NCBI GenBank assembly: GCA_017513085.1 | Contig: JAFWDK010000018.1 | Span: forward strand, 36,679 to 100,678 | Length of the DNA stretch: 64,000 nucleotides | Reading direction: 5' to 3' | Source: Clostridiales bacterium | Lineage (GTDB): Bacteria; Bacillota; Clostridia; Saccharofermentanales; Saccharofermentanaceae | Part shown: one piece after another, positions 20,693 through 31,440 of the stretch | Layout: every line of letters begins with the position of its first letter | How positions within the stretch are numbered: position 1 is the first letter of the stretch | Made by a program: the position numbers and the translations under genes | Notes under the pieces: model-generated | The model's input: the letters and a program-made list of their open reading frames with translations, nothing else | What the model was told of the DNA's origin: nothing | The model's database searches: none

Positions 20693-21601
20693 TCAAGCCT
20701 CCTCAGGTGTCCATCTGCCTGTTGATCCGCAAGGCAGTATCAGATCCATCTTCGTGCAAGGAAGGCCCAATTCTTCCGAAAGCACATTTCCCCCGTGTTT
20801 CGTCCTTATAGCAAGCCTCAGTATATCCTCGATCACCATAGAGGATAGTCCTGTCGTATAAGAATTGATCAGGAAGAACAACGGGTCATCGGAAAGGAGT
20901 TTCTCACATTTTTCGACCAACGGAAAAAGCGCATCTTCGAGTTTCCACATCTCACCGGAAGGTCCGCGTCCGTAGGCAGGCGGATCCATGATGATGCCAT
21001 CGTAAGTCCGGCCTCGCCGGATCTCCCTTTCCACAAAGCGGTTACAGTCTTCTACGATAAAGCGGATATAGCAATCCTCGAGTTTGGAAGCCACCATATT
21101 CTCTTTGGCGCGGCCGACCATGCCCTTACTTGCATCAACATGCACGACTTCAGCAGCGCCCGCCGCTGCAAAAGCCATGGTGGCGCCTCCGGTATAGGCA
21201 AAAAGATTCAGGATACGGGGCTTTTTTCCCTCTTTCACGGCTTTCTGGATCTTCTTTCCGCAAAAGTCCCAGTTAGCTGCCTGTTCAGGAAAAAGTCCTG
21301 TATGTTTAAAGCTGGTAGGTTCAATAATGAATGTTAAAGGACGTCCGACAGCATCGTAATGAATCTCCCACTTCTGCGGCATCGGCTTCTCCTTGCTCCA
21401 GTGGCCACCGCCGCTCTCGCTGCGATGATACATGGCATGAGGCTTAGGCCAGTACTGTTCTTTCATGCCGGCATAACCGGTCTTCGGCCAGATTGCCTGG
21501 GGATCCGGCCGTTGGAGATAAATGTCTCCCCATCGCTCGTATTTCTCCCCTTCACCGCTGTAAAGCAACTCGAAATCCGTCCATCTGTCCGCTAAAAACA
21601 T
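20693..21601 (-). CDS. Class I SAM-dependent methyltransferase (RlmI/RlmK-like catalytic domain)
   Basis: HTGLFPEQ, LNLFAYTGG, VHVDAS, IIMDPP. Confidence 0.85.
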   Translation of the reverse strand: MFLADRWTDFELLYSGEGEKYERWGDIYLQRPDPQAIWPKTGYAGMKEQYWPKPHAMYHRSESGGGHWSKEKPMPQKWEIHYDAVGRPLTFIIEPTSFKHTGLFPEQAANWDFCGKKIQKAVKEGKKPRILNLFAYTGGATMAFAAAGAAEVVHVDASKGMVGRAKENMVASKLEDCYIRFIVEDCNRFVEREIRRGRTYDGIIMDPPAYGRGPSGEMWKLEDALFPLVEKCEKLLSDDPLFFLINSYTTGLSSMVIEDILRLAIRTKHGGNVLSEELGLPCTKMDLILPCGSTGRWTPEEA

Positions 21602-21824
21602 ACTGTTCTCCTCTGTGCGAAATATCGTATTTCAGTATACCATTTCAAATAAATGGAAAAAAGAGAGCGTCACGGGAAACAATTTCGAATTTGTCATTTT
21701 CCTGACTCCCCCCAAATTACAGAATTTATCCCGAAAAACAAAAAAAATATGAAATTCATGTTCACAATTCACGCGGTTATATTATAATATATTGTAATGT
21801 AAACAATTATCGAGGTGTTAAGAA

Positions 21825-22514
21825 ATGGCTATTGCTCCACATATTCTTATTTGTGACGACGATCCGGTCGTACACGAGTCTCTTGGATTATATTTTGAAA
21901 ATGAACACTTCACGTATTCGAGTGCATATGACGGACGTGATGCGTTAGCTCATGTCGCTTCCGACAAGCCGGATCTCATTATCCTGGATGTCATGATGCC
22001 TGAAAAAACAGGTATCGAAGTTTGCCGGGAGATCCGTAAGACACTTTCTACGCCAATTATTATCCTTACTGCGAAGGGTGAAGAGATCGATCGTGTATTA
22101 GGTCTGGAACTTGGTGCGGATGATTATATTGTTAAGCCGTTTTCCCCGCGTGAAGTAATCGCGCGTATTAAGGCGGTTCTTCGCCGTATCACGGAACCGC
22201 AGGACAATTCTTCTCTTCTTCGTTTTGAAGGTCTGGAGATCAATCTGGATAACTATCAGGTGAAAGTCAAGGGTGAACTTGTTCCTTGTACCCCTAAGGA
22301 AGTGGAGATCCTCCACCTGTTGGCCTCACATATCGGTCAGGTCATGGATCGTGAACAGATCCTTTCTCAGGTATGGGGATATGACTATTTCGGTGATACC
22401 AGAACCGTAGACACACACGTGAAGCGTATCCGTCAGAAGGTATATTATGAGGGTGCTCCGTGGTCTCTCATTACAGTATATGGTGTAGGTTATAAGTTTG
22501 AGGTCAATCAATAA
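21825..22514 (+). CDS. OmpR/PhoB-family response regulator
   Basis: Receiver domain (DD, LDVMMP, KPF) and winged helix (RTVDTHVKRIR, VYGVGYKF). Confidence 0.95.
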   Translation: MAIAPHILICDDDPVVHESLGLYFENEHFTYSSAYDGRDALAHVASDKPDLIILDVMMPEKTGIEVCREIRKTLSTPIIILTAKGEEIDRVLGLELGADDYIVKPFSPREVIARIKAVLRRITEPQDNSSLLRFEGLEINLDNYQVKVKGELVPCTPKEVEILHLLASHIGQVMDREQILSQVWGYDYFGDTRTVDTHVKRIRQKVYYEGAPWSLITVYGVGYKFEVNQ

Positions 22515-24337
22515 TGTTCCGTAGCGTCTTTTTAAGAAAGATGGTAACTTTAGTGCTGGTGGCGCTTTGCTCATCGGCACTTCTTTCTGCATTCCTTTTT
22601 TCACTTGCCGCGAATGCCAGTTACCGTGTTACCACAGAGAATGCGATGATCGATAAGGCGACCTCTCTTTCAGCTTTTCTGACTTCCTATCTGGATAAGC
22701 ACGCTGAAAACAAGAAGAGTAATATCGATAATCTTCTCTTGGCTACCGATTCATATGGTGATCCTAACGTCCTCGGAGCCTACTTTCTTTTATATGACAC
22801 CGACGGGAAACAGTTGAAGACCGCCAACATCACTACATTTGACGATGCATCCATGATTTCTTCTCTGGACACATATGCCACCAGTTATATGCTGACCAAG
22901 AATACGAACATGAATCTTTTCAGCCGTATACCGAACTCCACCAAGAAAACATCGACATTCATCGTTCAGATCCCGATTTTTGTAGAAGATGATCCGATTG
23001 CTTTTCTGATCCTCGGAAGCGAAGAACCTCAACAGAGCGAGATCGTGAAGAACTTCAGCGATGTTCTTCTTCTCTCCACTTTTGTCGTTGCCTTTTTCAT
23101 GACTATTCCTGTCTATTTTGCATCGAAGCGTTTGATGCGTCCTCTTAGCAAAGTTGCAGATGTTGCGAATGCTTTGGGTCAGGGTGATTTTACCAAGAGA
23201 GCGGATGATTCCACCCGGGGCGAGATCGGTGATCTTGCCGCTTCGATCAATGAACTGGCGGAACGTCTTTCCAAATCGATCACCAGTGTTACCAATGAAC
23301 GTAACCGGCTGAAAGAAATCTTCGATATCATTTCCGAAGGTATCGTTTCCGTAGATATCAATCTCCAGCCGGACTATTCGAACAATGCTATCGCTACTCT
23401 CTTCGAGAAGGTACCGAGAAGAAATCTGTTTACGGAAAAACTGCAGCTCATTCCTTTTGAAGAAGTATGGGAAGATTTCGAAAACTGCATCAAGACCGGT
23501 GAGACTCTCGAGAGAACGATTGAAGCGAAAGATTGCGCATATATGTCCACGATCGTGCCTACCCGTGACAGTGATAAGATGATCATCGGCGCAACCGGAT
23601 TCTTCCGTGATATTTCCGAGCAGGAACGTCTTGAGCAGACACGCCGCGACTATGTGGCCAATGTATCTCACGAGCTTCGTACTCCTCTCACCGCCATGCG
23701 TGGTCTGGTAGAGCCTTTGGCGGACGGCATGGTTAAGAAAGAGGAAGACCGTCAGCGTTACTATGGCATCATCCTTCACGAGACCATGCGTCTTTCCCGT
23801 CTGATCGATGACATGTTGGAGCTTTCCCGTCTTCAGGCGAGAACGCTTGCATTTAAGACATTCCCGTTTGACCTGAACAAACTCCTTTCCGAATTTGAAA
23901 CCAAGTTTGCTCCGGTCATGGAAGAAGCCGATCTCGACTTCTCTGTTGAATACAAGACCGGTCCTCTGCCGACTGTTATGGGTAATCCGGACCGTGTGGA
24001 ACAGATCATCGTCATTCTTCTTGATAACGCGAAGAAATATACGCCGGCCGGAGGTTCTATCACCATTTCCACCGAGTATAACGACGAGACCGACCAGGTA
24101 CTCGTATCTGTCAGTGATACAGGTCAAGGTATCCATGAATACGACATTGATCATATTTTCGACCGTTTCTATAAAGCCGACCGTGCCAGAGGCAAGAAGG
24201 GTACCGGTCTGGGCCTTGCTATTGCCAAAGAGCTCTTAAGTTACATGGGCGAGACAATTACTGTGCAGAGCGAATATGGTGAGGGCACGACATTCACCTT
24301 CACACTTAAGCGTGTCACCGGAACAGTCTGGTATTGA
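22514..24337 (+). CDS. Sensor histidine kinase (2 TM, HAMP, PAS-like, HisKA, HATPase)
   Basis: SHELRTPL, DNAKKY, DTGQGI, FDRFYK, GTGLGLAI. Confidence 0.95.
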   Translation: MFRSVFLRKMVTLVLVALCSSALLSAFLFSLAANASYRVTTENAMIDKATSLSAFLTSYLDKHAENKKSNIDNLLLATDSYGDPNVLGAYFLLYDTDGKQLKTANITTFDDASMISSLDTYATSYMLTKNTNMNLFSRIPNSTKKTSTFIVQIPIFVEDDPIAFLILGSEEPQQSEIVKNFSDVLLLSTFVVAFFMTIPVYFASKRLMRPLSKVADVANALGQGDFTKRADDSTRGEIGDLAASINELAERLSKSITSVTNERNRLKEIFDIISEGIVSVDINLQPDYSNNAIATLFEKVPRRNLFTEKLQLIPFEEVWEDFENCIKTGETLERTIEAKDCAYMSTIVPTRDSDKMIIGATGFFRDISEQERLEQTRRDYVANVSHELRTPLTAMRGLVEPLADGMVKKEEDRQRYYGIILHETMRLSRLIDDMLELSRLQARTLAFKTFPFDLNKLLSEFETKFAPVMEEADLDFSVEYKTGPLPTVMGNPDRVEQIIVILLDNAKKYTPAGGSITISTEYNDETDQVLVSVSDTGQGIHEYDIDHIFDRFYKADRARGKKGTGLGLAIAKELLSYMGETITVQSEYGEGTTFTFTLKRVTGTVWY

Positions 24338-24360
24338 GTGCTTTTGCCGGAGAAAACATT

Positions 24361-25086
24361 ATGGCGGAAGATGAACGCAAAGAAAGCGTACGGATCAATA
24401 AATACATCAGTTCCAGCGGTTTTTGTTCCCGAAGGAAAGCAGATGAGCTTGTCGAACTGGGGATCGTCACCATTGACGGTCTGACTGCCGTTTCCGGAAG
24501 TCAGGTCTTTCCCGGTCAGACTGTCCTGATCAATGGTAAACCTGTGCTTCCCAATGATGACCATATCTATCTCGCTTTTCATAAGCCGTTGGGCATCACC
24601 TGTACCACAGACAGCCGCGATCCGGATAATATCATCGACTATATCGATTATCCGCAGCGCATCTTCCCTATCGGCAGACTCGATAAGAATTCTTCCGGCC
24701 TGATACTTCTGACCAATGACGGAGATATCGTGAACCGGCTTCTTCGCGCAGAGGGCCGTCATGATAAAGAATATGTTGTGGAAGTGAATAAACCGCTTGA
24801 TCCGGACTTTAAGAAAAACATGGAAAACGGAGTGCCGATACTGGATACCGTCACTCTCCCCTGCCAAGTCAAGATCGTGGGCAAATCGTCTTTCCATATC
24901 ATCCTGAACCAAGGCCTGAACCGTCAGATCCGTAGAATGTGCGAGTATTTCGGGTACAGAGTCGTACGTCTCAAGAGGATCCGCATTCTGAATATATCGC
25001 TGGGCGCGCTTCCCGTTGGCGAATACAGGAACCTCACACCGAAAGAGCGACGCGATCTCAAAGAGATCTTAGACAAAAGAAGCTAA
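24361..25086 (+). CDS. RsuA/RluF-family pseudouridine synthase
   Basis: S4 domain (RINKYIS..GFCSRRKAD), GRLDKNSSGL, GLNRQIRRMC; ATG 24361 behind GGAG. Confidence 0.92.
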   Translation: MAEDERKESVRINKYISSSGFCSRRKADELVELGIVTIDGLTAVSGSQVFPGQTVLINGKPVLPNDDHIYLAFHKPLGITCTTDSRDPDNIIDYIDYPQRIFPIGRLDKNSSGLILLTNDGDIVNRLLRAEGRHDKEYVVEVNKPLDPDFKKNMENGVPILDTVTLPCQVKIVGKSSFHIILNQGLNRQIRRMCEYFGYRVVRLKRIRILNISLGALPVGEYRNLTPKERRDLKEILDKRS

Positions 25087-25089
25087 TTG

Positions 25090-25121
25090 AAAAGGGCTCT
25101 CAAGATTTTTCTTGAGAGCCC
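25090..25121. terminator. Hairpin terminator between convergent genes
   Basis: GGGCTCTCAAGA...TCTTGAGAGCCC 12-bp stem. Confidence 0.8.
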
Positions 25122-25137
25122 AAATCGTATAGTGAAA

Positions 25138-28100
25138 TTAGAACTTTGGAGCAAAATAAACAGTTTGATCATATCGGGTGTTTTTACTCAATCCATGTTT
25201 TGAAACCACATCCGGACTTCGTTCAATACCCTTCATATAGAAATCAATATATAAATGTTGTTCATTCTCAACCGGGATCAATTCCTGATGTGCGTAGTCA
25301 TCGAGATCTTCCGGAACATACGGAATGCATGAGAATGAAAACGGTTCCTGGTGTTCTTTATAAACTTTTACGCCCAAACCATGATCGTGCTGCAAGACAA
25401 GCACGCGGGTATCGGCATGTCCTCCGTTCTCGGACGGACGGGCATATTCGTGATACAATGGCGAATCGACAGACGTAAACCAGCCGATACGCTGGGATTC
25501 CTTACGGTCAACATAAGACTCCCCGCTTCCTCGTCCATACCATCCGATCATTTCCTGAGGAAGGATCGGAACACGGAAACCATACCGGACCAGATCATAT
25601 TTCGGAACAAAACTTAAGCCTGTCGCAATCACGCCATCCGGGTGAACACGGTAATCTACAAGGATCGGTCCGCGCATACCGGATGATTTATACTTACAGA
25701 TCAGGTGGAAATCCTTGCCATCCATCTCATAGAAACTGCTTTCAAATTTGATTTCAGACTGAATGGTTCTCCAGTCTGTCTCATGCGAGAAAACAGTCTG
25801 CGAAAGAACATAGGATTTATCTGCACGGTCGATATTGGTCGCAGCACGATAGAAACTAGGAATGAACAAACCATCGAAGAATTCCTCACCATTAATGCGG
25901 ATCGAGCACAGACCACCTTCCTGTCTGCTGAAACCATAAGTGACGTTTCCGGCTTTAGCATATATGAATGCCGGCGCCGTAAGTATTTCTACCTTCTTTT
26001 CAGAAGAAGCATCGATCAACGCGCTATCCTTGGAAGATCCATCAATGATCCGAGTCTTCGCTTCTTCCGTACTCAAATAATTATCTTCGAAGATCTCATC
26101 CTGTTTTTTCGGATCGCAAACTTCATCAAGCAGCACCTGCTGATAAAACGCTACTTCATGACCGGAGCGGGCGTAATTCGTATCCGTTTCCAAAGTCAGA
26201 TGAATGTCCAGAACAAGTTCTTTGCACACAGCCTGCTGATAGATCTCGTTGGCCTTAGGATACAGTCTCCACCACGAAGGAGAAATAAACTCATTCACGT
26301 TAAACGGGAACTGCATTTCACGATTGCCCAAAGCCGAGATCGGCGGAACAACACCGGAACCACCTGTAAGACGAAGTCCACCGAGAAGGAGCTGCCAATG
26401 CAGGACCAAAGATGGTGTATAGCCGAACTGCTGAACATTATGAATGGTCAGGTTGGCAGGATTATCCGCAGACGAGAAGATCTTGATGCTTTCGCACTGC
26501 TTCTTAACTTCGTAGAAAATCGGATGCGGCTTGCGATTGGCATCCACAATGCCCTGCGCGATCGATACACCGATCTGCTCGGCATATTCAACCAAATCTC
26601 CCTGATGGATATACTTCAGATCCATCTGATCTTCCGGTCTGCGCGGACGAGCGATGATCGAATCAAAAAGCACTTTGTCTTTCTTCAATCGGGAACGCAG
26701 ATAAGGACGGTTCAGGCAAAGGTCGCACCACTCACCAAAAAGCATTCCTGCACGGTTCGGGAATGGTGGAAGATCCGAGACACGTCCGTAACGATCGATC
26801 TCACAATAGATCGGTCTCTTCGCATCGAAAGTCGAAATCTTCTCCTTGACTTCCATATATGCGTTCTCTTCAAATTTTTTACCGGTCATGGACCACATGA
26901 TAATACACGGATGATTGATCAGAGAATAAACTGTCAGCGGCAAGACCGCAGCGGCACTCTGCACGATCACGTACATACCATACTGATCACAAAGGTCGAA
27001 GAATCTGGGGTCCGTCGGATGATGCATGACAAAGATCGTATTGATATTCGCCTGCTTCATCATCAGGATATCCTGACGGTAACGCTCTAACGGAACCGAG
27101 ATACCGCTTTGCGGATCAAACTCATAGTATTTCACGCCATGAAGCGGAACAGCAACATCATTAATATGGATCACTTCTTCGGAATACGAAATGGTACGGA
27201 AACCGAAGCGTTGCTTCTTCACACAGATCACTTCGTCGTTTTTGTTCTTCACCTCAATGATGATGTCATAAAGGTTCGGCGTCTGATCCGTCCATGGCAG
27301 AACAAGCTTGGCATAAAACTCTGTTCCCAGGATCTTCACACCCTCTTTAGGAATAAGATCCTTGAGTTCTTTTCGCTGAGTAAGACGATGCTCCGGAAGA
27401 TTATACAAGTCATACTCTTCTCTTGCTTCCATCAGCCTGCAGTTAACCGTCACCTCATAATCATACTCGAGATGATTGCGAAGTTCGACCTGAATATTCA
27501 TACCCGCATCATTACGGATATCGGCATTCGGAAGGATCTCCTTCTCACGGTCCGTCTCACTGTCGGAGATACCGGAGCGGTAAAGACTTGAGATCAAAGC
27601 AGTTTTCGGTACAACGTCTCTGGCCAGAGTATCAGTCAGCCATGTCGACGTCAGCCGGACGGAAGAGATCTCGATCGGCGCTTCCGCTACGATATAAGGG
27701 AGCCGGAATAATCCTGAGAATCCAAAAGCACCCTGTGCGCGCATGATCTTATCATGCTGGTTTTTGTCGAAACGATAGACCTGAACCACGATCAGGTTAT
27801 TACCTTCATGGATATAATCATTCAAAAGGCACTTCGTTGTCGAGAATGTACTTCTGGACGACGAAGCAGATTGACCGTTCACGTAGATCTTATATCTTCC
27901 TACGATACCATCAGTCATGAAATATACAAAACGCGATACATACTGTTCCGGAAGATTGATCCAAACACGGTACACACCGACTTCATTATCGTTTTCAGTC
28001 GCGACACTGTCAGCGAGGCGCTGTTGCAAACGGCTGGTACGCTTGGCAAGCAAAGCGTTCTTCTCATAAACGAGTTCACTCGGATAACCATAACCTTCCT

Positions 28101-28332
28101 GCTGCCAGACACTCGGAACATCGATCACATCCCAGCTATCGTCGTTATAATCAAGACTCATGAAATCACCGGGGAGCTCCTCTGACGAACGCGCATGGAA
28201 AAACTTCCACTTCGGAAGATCAAGCTTCCAAAGTGACTTAACCTGTCCGAACTCCGGCTGTTGCTTCTCGCAATAGAGTTCGTCTATCGAATCATAAGGA
28301 TAAAAATATCCTTGTGCAGGTATCTGCGCCAT
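25138..28332 (-). CDS. LacZ-like GH2 protein with degenerate active site (putative pseudoenzyme)
   Basis: Full LacZ domain series (VPSVWQ..GY, FSGLFR, RFGFR, NHP.I.MWS, WYGRG..ESYVDRK, RPSENG) but no catalytic NE motif; start at ATG 28332 behind GGAG. Confidence 0.8.
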   Translation of the reverse strand: MAQIPAQGYFYPYDSIDELYCEKQQPEFGQVKSLWKLDLPKWKFFHARSSEELPGDFMSLDYNDDSWDVIDVPSVWQQEGYGYPSELVYEKNALLAKRTSRLQQRLADSVATENDNEVGVYRVWINLPEQYVSRFVYFMTDGIVGRYKIYVNGQSASSSRSTFSTTKCLLNDYIHEGNNLIVVQVYRFDKNQHDKIMRAQGAFGFSGLFRLPYIVAEAPIEISSVRLTSTWLTDTLARDVVPKTALISSLYRSGISDSETDREKEILPNADIRNDAGMNIQVELRNHLEYDYEVTVNCRLMEAREEYDLYNLPEHRLTQRKELKDLIPKEGVKILGTEFYAKLVLPWTDQTPNLYDIIIEVKNKNDEVICVKKQRFGFRTISYSEEVIHINDVAVPLHGVKYYEFDPQSGISVPLERYRQDILMMKQANINTIFVMHHPTDPRFFDLCDQYGMYVIVQSAAAVLPLTVYSLINHPCIIMWSMTGKKFEENAYMEVKEKISTFDAKRPIYCEIDRYGRVSDLPPFPNRAGMLFGEWCDLCLNRPYLRSRLKKDKVLFDSIIARPRRPEDQMDLKYIHQGDLVEYAEQIGVSIAQGIVDANRKPHPIFYEVKKQCESIKIFSSADNPANLTIHNVQQFGYTPSLVLHWQLLLGGLRLTGGSGVVPPISALGNREMQFPFNVNEFISPSWWRLYPKANEIYQQAVCKELVLDIHLTLETDTNYARSGHEVAFYQQVLLDEVCDPKKQDEIFEDNYLSTEEAKTRIIDGSSKDSALIDASSEKKVEILTAPAFIYAKAGNVTYGFSRQEGGLCSIRINGEEFFDGLFIPSFYRAATNIDRADKSYVLSQTVFSHETDWRTIQSEIKFESSFYEMDGKDFHLICKYKSSGMRGPILVDYRVHPDGVIATGLSFVPKYDLVRYGFRVPILPQEMIGWYGRGSGESYVDRKESQRIGWFTSVDSPLYHEYARPSENGGHADTRVLVLQHDHGLGVKVYKEHQEPFSFSCIPYVPEDLDDYAHQELIPVENEQHLYIDFYMKGIERSPDVVSKHGLSKNTRYDQTVYFAPKF

Positions 28333-28459
28333 AGTACTCTCCAAGCATAATCAAACATACTTTGTTAAGAGTATTGTAGCATTTCATCAAATCGCTGATG
28401 TATCAGACAGATTTCATTTTGAAGAAGTCAACGAAACATTCTGTCACATTGCGTCGCAC

Positions 28460-30916
28460 TCAATCGAGTTTATCCAGCTCTTTCTTTCTCTTACCTGCTT
28501 TTTTTCGTGCCCAGAGGCCTTTGAAGAAATGACCGTTCATCATCAGAATATAGGATTCCATCTCTTCGATCGAGATCCTTCCGAGACTAAAGCCCGCCAA
28601 AGTACGCAGCGGCATTTCCTTAGCCATGACCTCACGCATTTTCTTCTGGTCTTCCTGCTTCTCATTTTTATTCGCGCGTGAGATGCCAAACATGGTCGTC
28701 TTGTAGATGATTTTACCTACAATACCTCCTGATCTGGCTTCTTCGACCGTAGTATTCAAAGTAAACTCACCTTTTTTCGGTGGTTTCTCTTCATGGATCT
28801 GTCGACCGTATACCGCCTCGAACTGTTTCTTTTCGAAGATCTTCGTCTCAGCATTCAGATTGTAATAATGTGGCGCCAGTGCTCTATAATCCGGAACAGG
28901 AGCCGTCGGATTCTTCGACTGTACTTCAACTTCCCGACGAGCACGGATATCTCTGGACGAGGCGCCGATCTGGATCTCATATTTTCCGCTCTCGACATGC
29001 CAGTCTCCGATCTGCACGTTATAATAGGCAAAAGCTCTACGATCCAGCTTAAACTCCACCGTTCTTGTTTCCCCTCGCTGAATGAAGACTTTCTTGAATG
29101 CGCGCAACTCATGCACCGGCTTAAAGATTGCAGACGGCGGAGGCGCAACATAAAGCTGGACGACTTCTTTACCATCGACCTCACTGATATTCGTGACGTC
29201 GATCGACACCGTCAGGGTCTCGCTCTCCTCATAATTCGGGTTATCAAGCTTGATCTCGCCATAAGAAAACTTCGAGTACGACAACCCGTGTCCAAACGGG
29301 AAAAGCACCGGCATGTTCGCTGAGTCATAATATCTGTATCCGACAAAAACACTCTCACTGTAAAGAGTCTGTCTGGGATCGCCGAAATTCAGGAAAGATG
29401 GTGTATCCGAAAGCTTGATCGGGAAAGTCTCAGCCAGTTTTCCCGAAGGATTGATCTTGCCATACAAAATATCCGGGATTGCTCCGGCGCCTTCCTGACC
29501 TGGCAGATATGCCATCAGGACAGCCTTGACCTGCGAGATCCATGGCATCTCCACCGGAGAACCGGCATAAAGGACAACGCAAACATTACTGTTCTTTCTC
29601 ACCACCTCATCGATCAGACGCTGGTGGGACTTGGGCAGTTGCATATGGCTCCTGTCGAAAGACTCGCTCTCAAAACTGTCCGGAAGTCCGACAAAAATAA
29701 TGACAACGTCCTTATCTTTCGCCGCATCGACAGCCGCTTGAAGCAGTTTCTCATTGACTTCATCCTTTTCCAGATCATATCCGGGTTCATAAACAAAATT
29801 TTCGCTTCCGGTCGAAAAGCTCTGGAAGGCATGTGCCACATGAACAGGATTGATATGTGAACTTCCGCCACCCTGGAATCTTGTATTTTTGCACATAGCA
29901 CCAAGGACCGCCACACTCATTCCGGACGCGATCGGCAAGAGGCCATCATTTTTCAGAAGCACCGCGGACTCCTCGAAAGCCTGTCTGGCCAGCTGCATAT
30001 TATTCTGATAAGGCGATGAAGTCGGCTGTGGTTTATTCAAACCCTTTTCGATCATACTAAGAAGCCGCTCTGCGCTCCGATCCAGAAGAGTCTGGGGAAG
30101 TTTTCCGGATTCCACGGCTTCCGCGATCTGCCGGTTTCTCTCACCGGCAGAAGACGGCATCTCAAGATCCAATCCGGCAGCAAGCCCGTCAAGTCGGTTA
30201 TTCGTTGCGCCCCAGTCACTCATGACCACGCCGTCGAATCCCCACTCATCACGAAGGATCTCGGTAAGAAGCCTTCTGCTCTCACAGCAATAAGTACCGT
30301 TCAATCGGTTATACGCCGCCATGATCGTCCAAGGCTTAGACTCTTTCACAACCGTTTCAAAAGCTCTCAGATAGATCTCTCTCAGTGCTCTCTCATCCAC
30401 GATCGAGTCATTGGTCAGGCGCGAACGTTCCTGACTGTTTGCCGCGAAATGCTTCACTGAAGTACCGATCCCTCTGCTTTGAACACCGCGAACCAGCGCC
30501 GCGCCCATCTTTCCGGCAACAAGCGGATCCTCCGATACATACTCAAAGTTTCTGCCACAAAGCGGAGAACGTTTAATATTGATTGCAGGTCCCAGGACGA
30601 TCGATACATCCTGATCAATGGCTTCTTCTGCAATTGCTTTTCCGACTGCTTCCATGAGTTTCTCGTCAAAAGAATTCGCCGTAGTTGAAGCCGGCGGAAA
30701 ACAAGTCGCTTCACGGCTTGGTCCGTTACCTCTTCTTCCCTCGATCGTCTCCTGTTTTCGAAGACCATGCGGTCCATCCGTCATCATGATGGAAGGAATA
30801 TTATTGAGTGGAAGACGGCGCGTCCGCCAGAAATCACTACCCGAACACAACGACGCTTTTTGCTTGGCAGAAAGCGATTTCATAAGTTTGTTCACAAATT
30901 CAGAAGCCATACACAA
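28460..30916 (-). CDS. GH3 beta-glucosidase-like glycosidase with FnIII domain
   Basis: TDGPHGLR, GRNFEY.SEDP, KHFAAN, VMSDW nucleophile, FPFGHGLSY. Confidence 0.93.
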   Translation of the reverse strand: MCMASEFVNKLMKSLSAKQKASLCSGSDFWRTRRLPLNNIPSIMMTDGPHGLRKQETIEGRRGNGPSREATCFPPASTTANSFDEKLMEAVGKAIAEEAIDQDVSIVLGPAINIKRSPLCGRNFEYVSEDPLVAGKMGAALVRGVQSRGIGTSVKHFAANSQERSRLTNDSIVDERALREIYLRAFETVVKESKPWTIMAAYNRLNGTYCCESRRLLTEILRDEWGFDGVVMSDWGATNNRLDGLAAGLDLEMPSSAGERNRQIAEAVESGKLPQTLLDRSAERLLSMIEKGLNKPQPTSSPYQNNMQLARQAFEESAVLLKNDGLLPIASGMSVAVLGAMCKNTRFQGGGSSHINPVHVAHAFQSFSTGSENFVYEPGYDLEKDEVNEKLLQAAVDAAKDKDVVIIFVGLPDSFESESFDRSHMQLPKSHQRLIDEVVRKNSNVCVVLYAGSPVEMPWISQVKAVLMAYLPGQEGAGAIPDILYGKINPSGKLAETFPIKLSDTPSFLNFGDPRQTLYSESVFVGYRYYDSANMPVLFPFGHGLSYSKFSYGEIKLDNPNYEESETLTVSIDVTNISEVDGKEVVQLYVAPPPSAIFKPVHELRAFKKVFIQRGETRTVEFKLDRRAFAYYNVQIGDWHVESGKYEIQIGASSRDIRARREVEVQSKNPTAPVPDYRALAPHYYNLNAETKIFEKKQFEAVYGRQIHEEKPPKKGEFTLNTTVEEARSGGIVGKIIYKTTMFGISRANKNEKQEDQKKMREVMAKEMPLRTLAGFSLGRISIEEMESYILMMNGHFFKGLWARKKAGKRKKELDKLD

Positions 30917-30990
30917 ACCTCACAAGATAAGACATTTGTTGTTCTCATACATTATATACCAACGGTTCACTAATTCGGAAGAAAACACTC

Positions 30991-31019
30991 TTGAAAACCA
31001 CTATTTATTCATGTATACT
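30991..31019 (+). promoter_or_regulatory. Sigma-A promoter of ssrA
   Basis: TTGAAA-17-TATACT, 37 nt upstream of the tmRNA 5' end. Confidence 0.7.
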
Positions 31020-31056
31020 CATCAATCATAAAACCCGAAAATGAGAGATTGTATTT

Positions 31057-31435
31057 GGGGGCGCACTGGTTTCGACGGGGTCGTGGAGACTTAGAAAGCG
31101 GGTAGAGGATTCTCGTTGGCCTCTTAAAAAAACGAGAAATGCAAGTAATTGCAAACAACAACAATCTCGTAGCTGCTTAATTTAGCTACCATCTCCCCGT
31201 TCTATCTGTCGATCGGATCGGAGATGTCAGATGACAGACCTTACTTGCCGGCAGGTTAAACAAGACAACGTTTTGGGCTAAGCTTTGCGCGCAAGACGTA
31301 TCTATGAAGCTACCGGAGAAGGCATCCTGTTCGTGGGATCGTCTTTGAGGGGAATACTCCATACACGAACTGCACCCGGAGATGTCTTTGTTGACGTGGT
31401 TTCGGACAGGAGTTCGATTCTCCTCGCCTCCACCA
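31057..31435 (+). ncRNA. ssrA: tmRNA
   Basis: 5' GGGGGCG...GGTTTCGACGGG; 3' T-arm GGAGTTCGATTCTCC and CGCCTCCACCA; tag frame ANNNNLVAA* at 31151-31180. Confidence 0.97.
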
Positions 31436-31440
31436 AAGAT

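Noticed and set aside
21750-21780. TTCA repeats upstream of the response regulator as an autoregulatory box
   Set aside because: Spacing of 6-7 nt does not match the 10-11 nt periodicity of OmpR-family sites.
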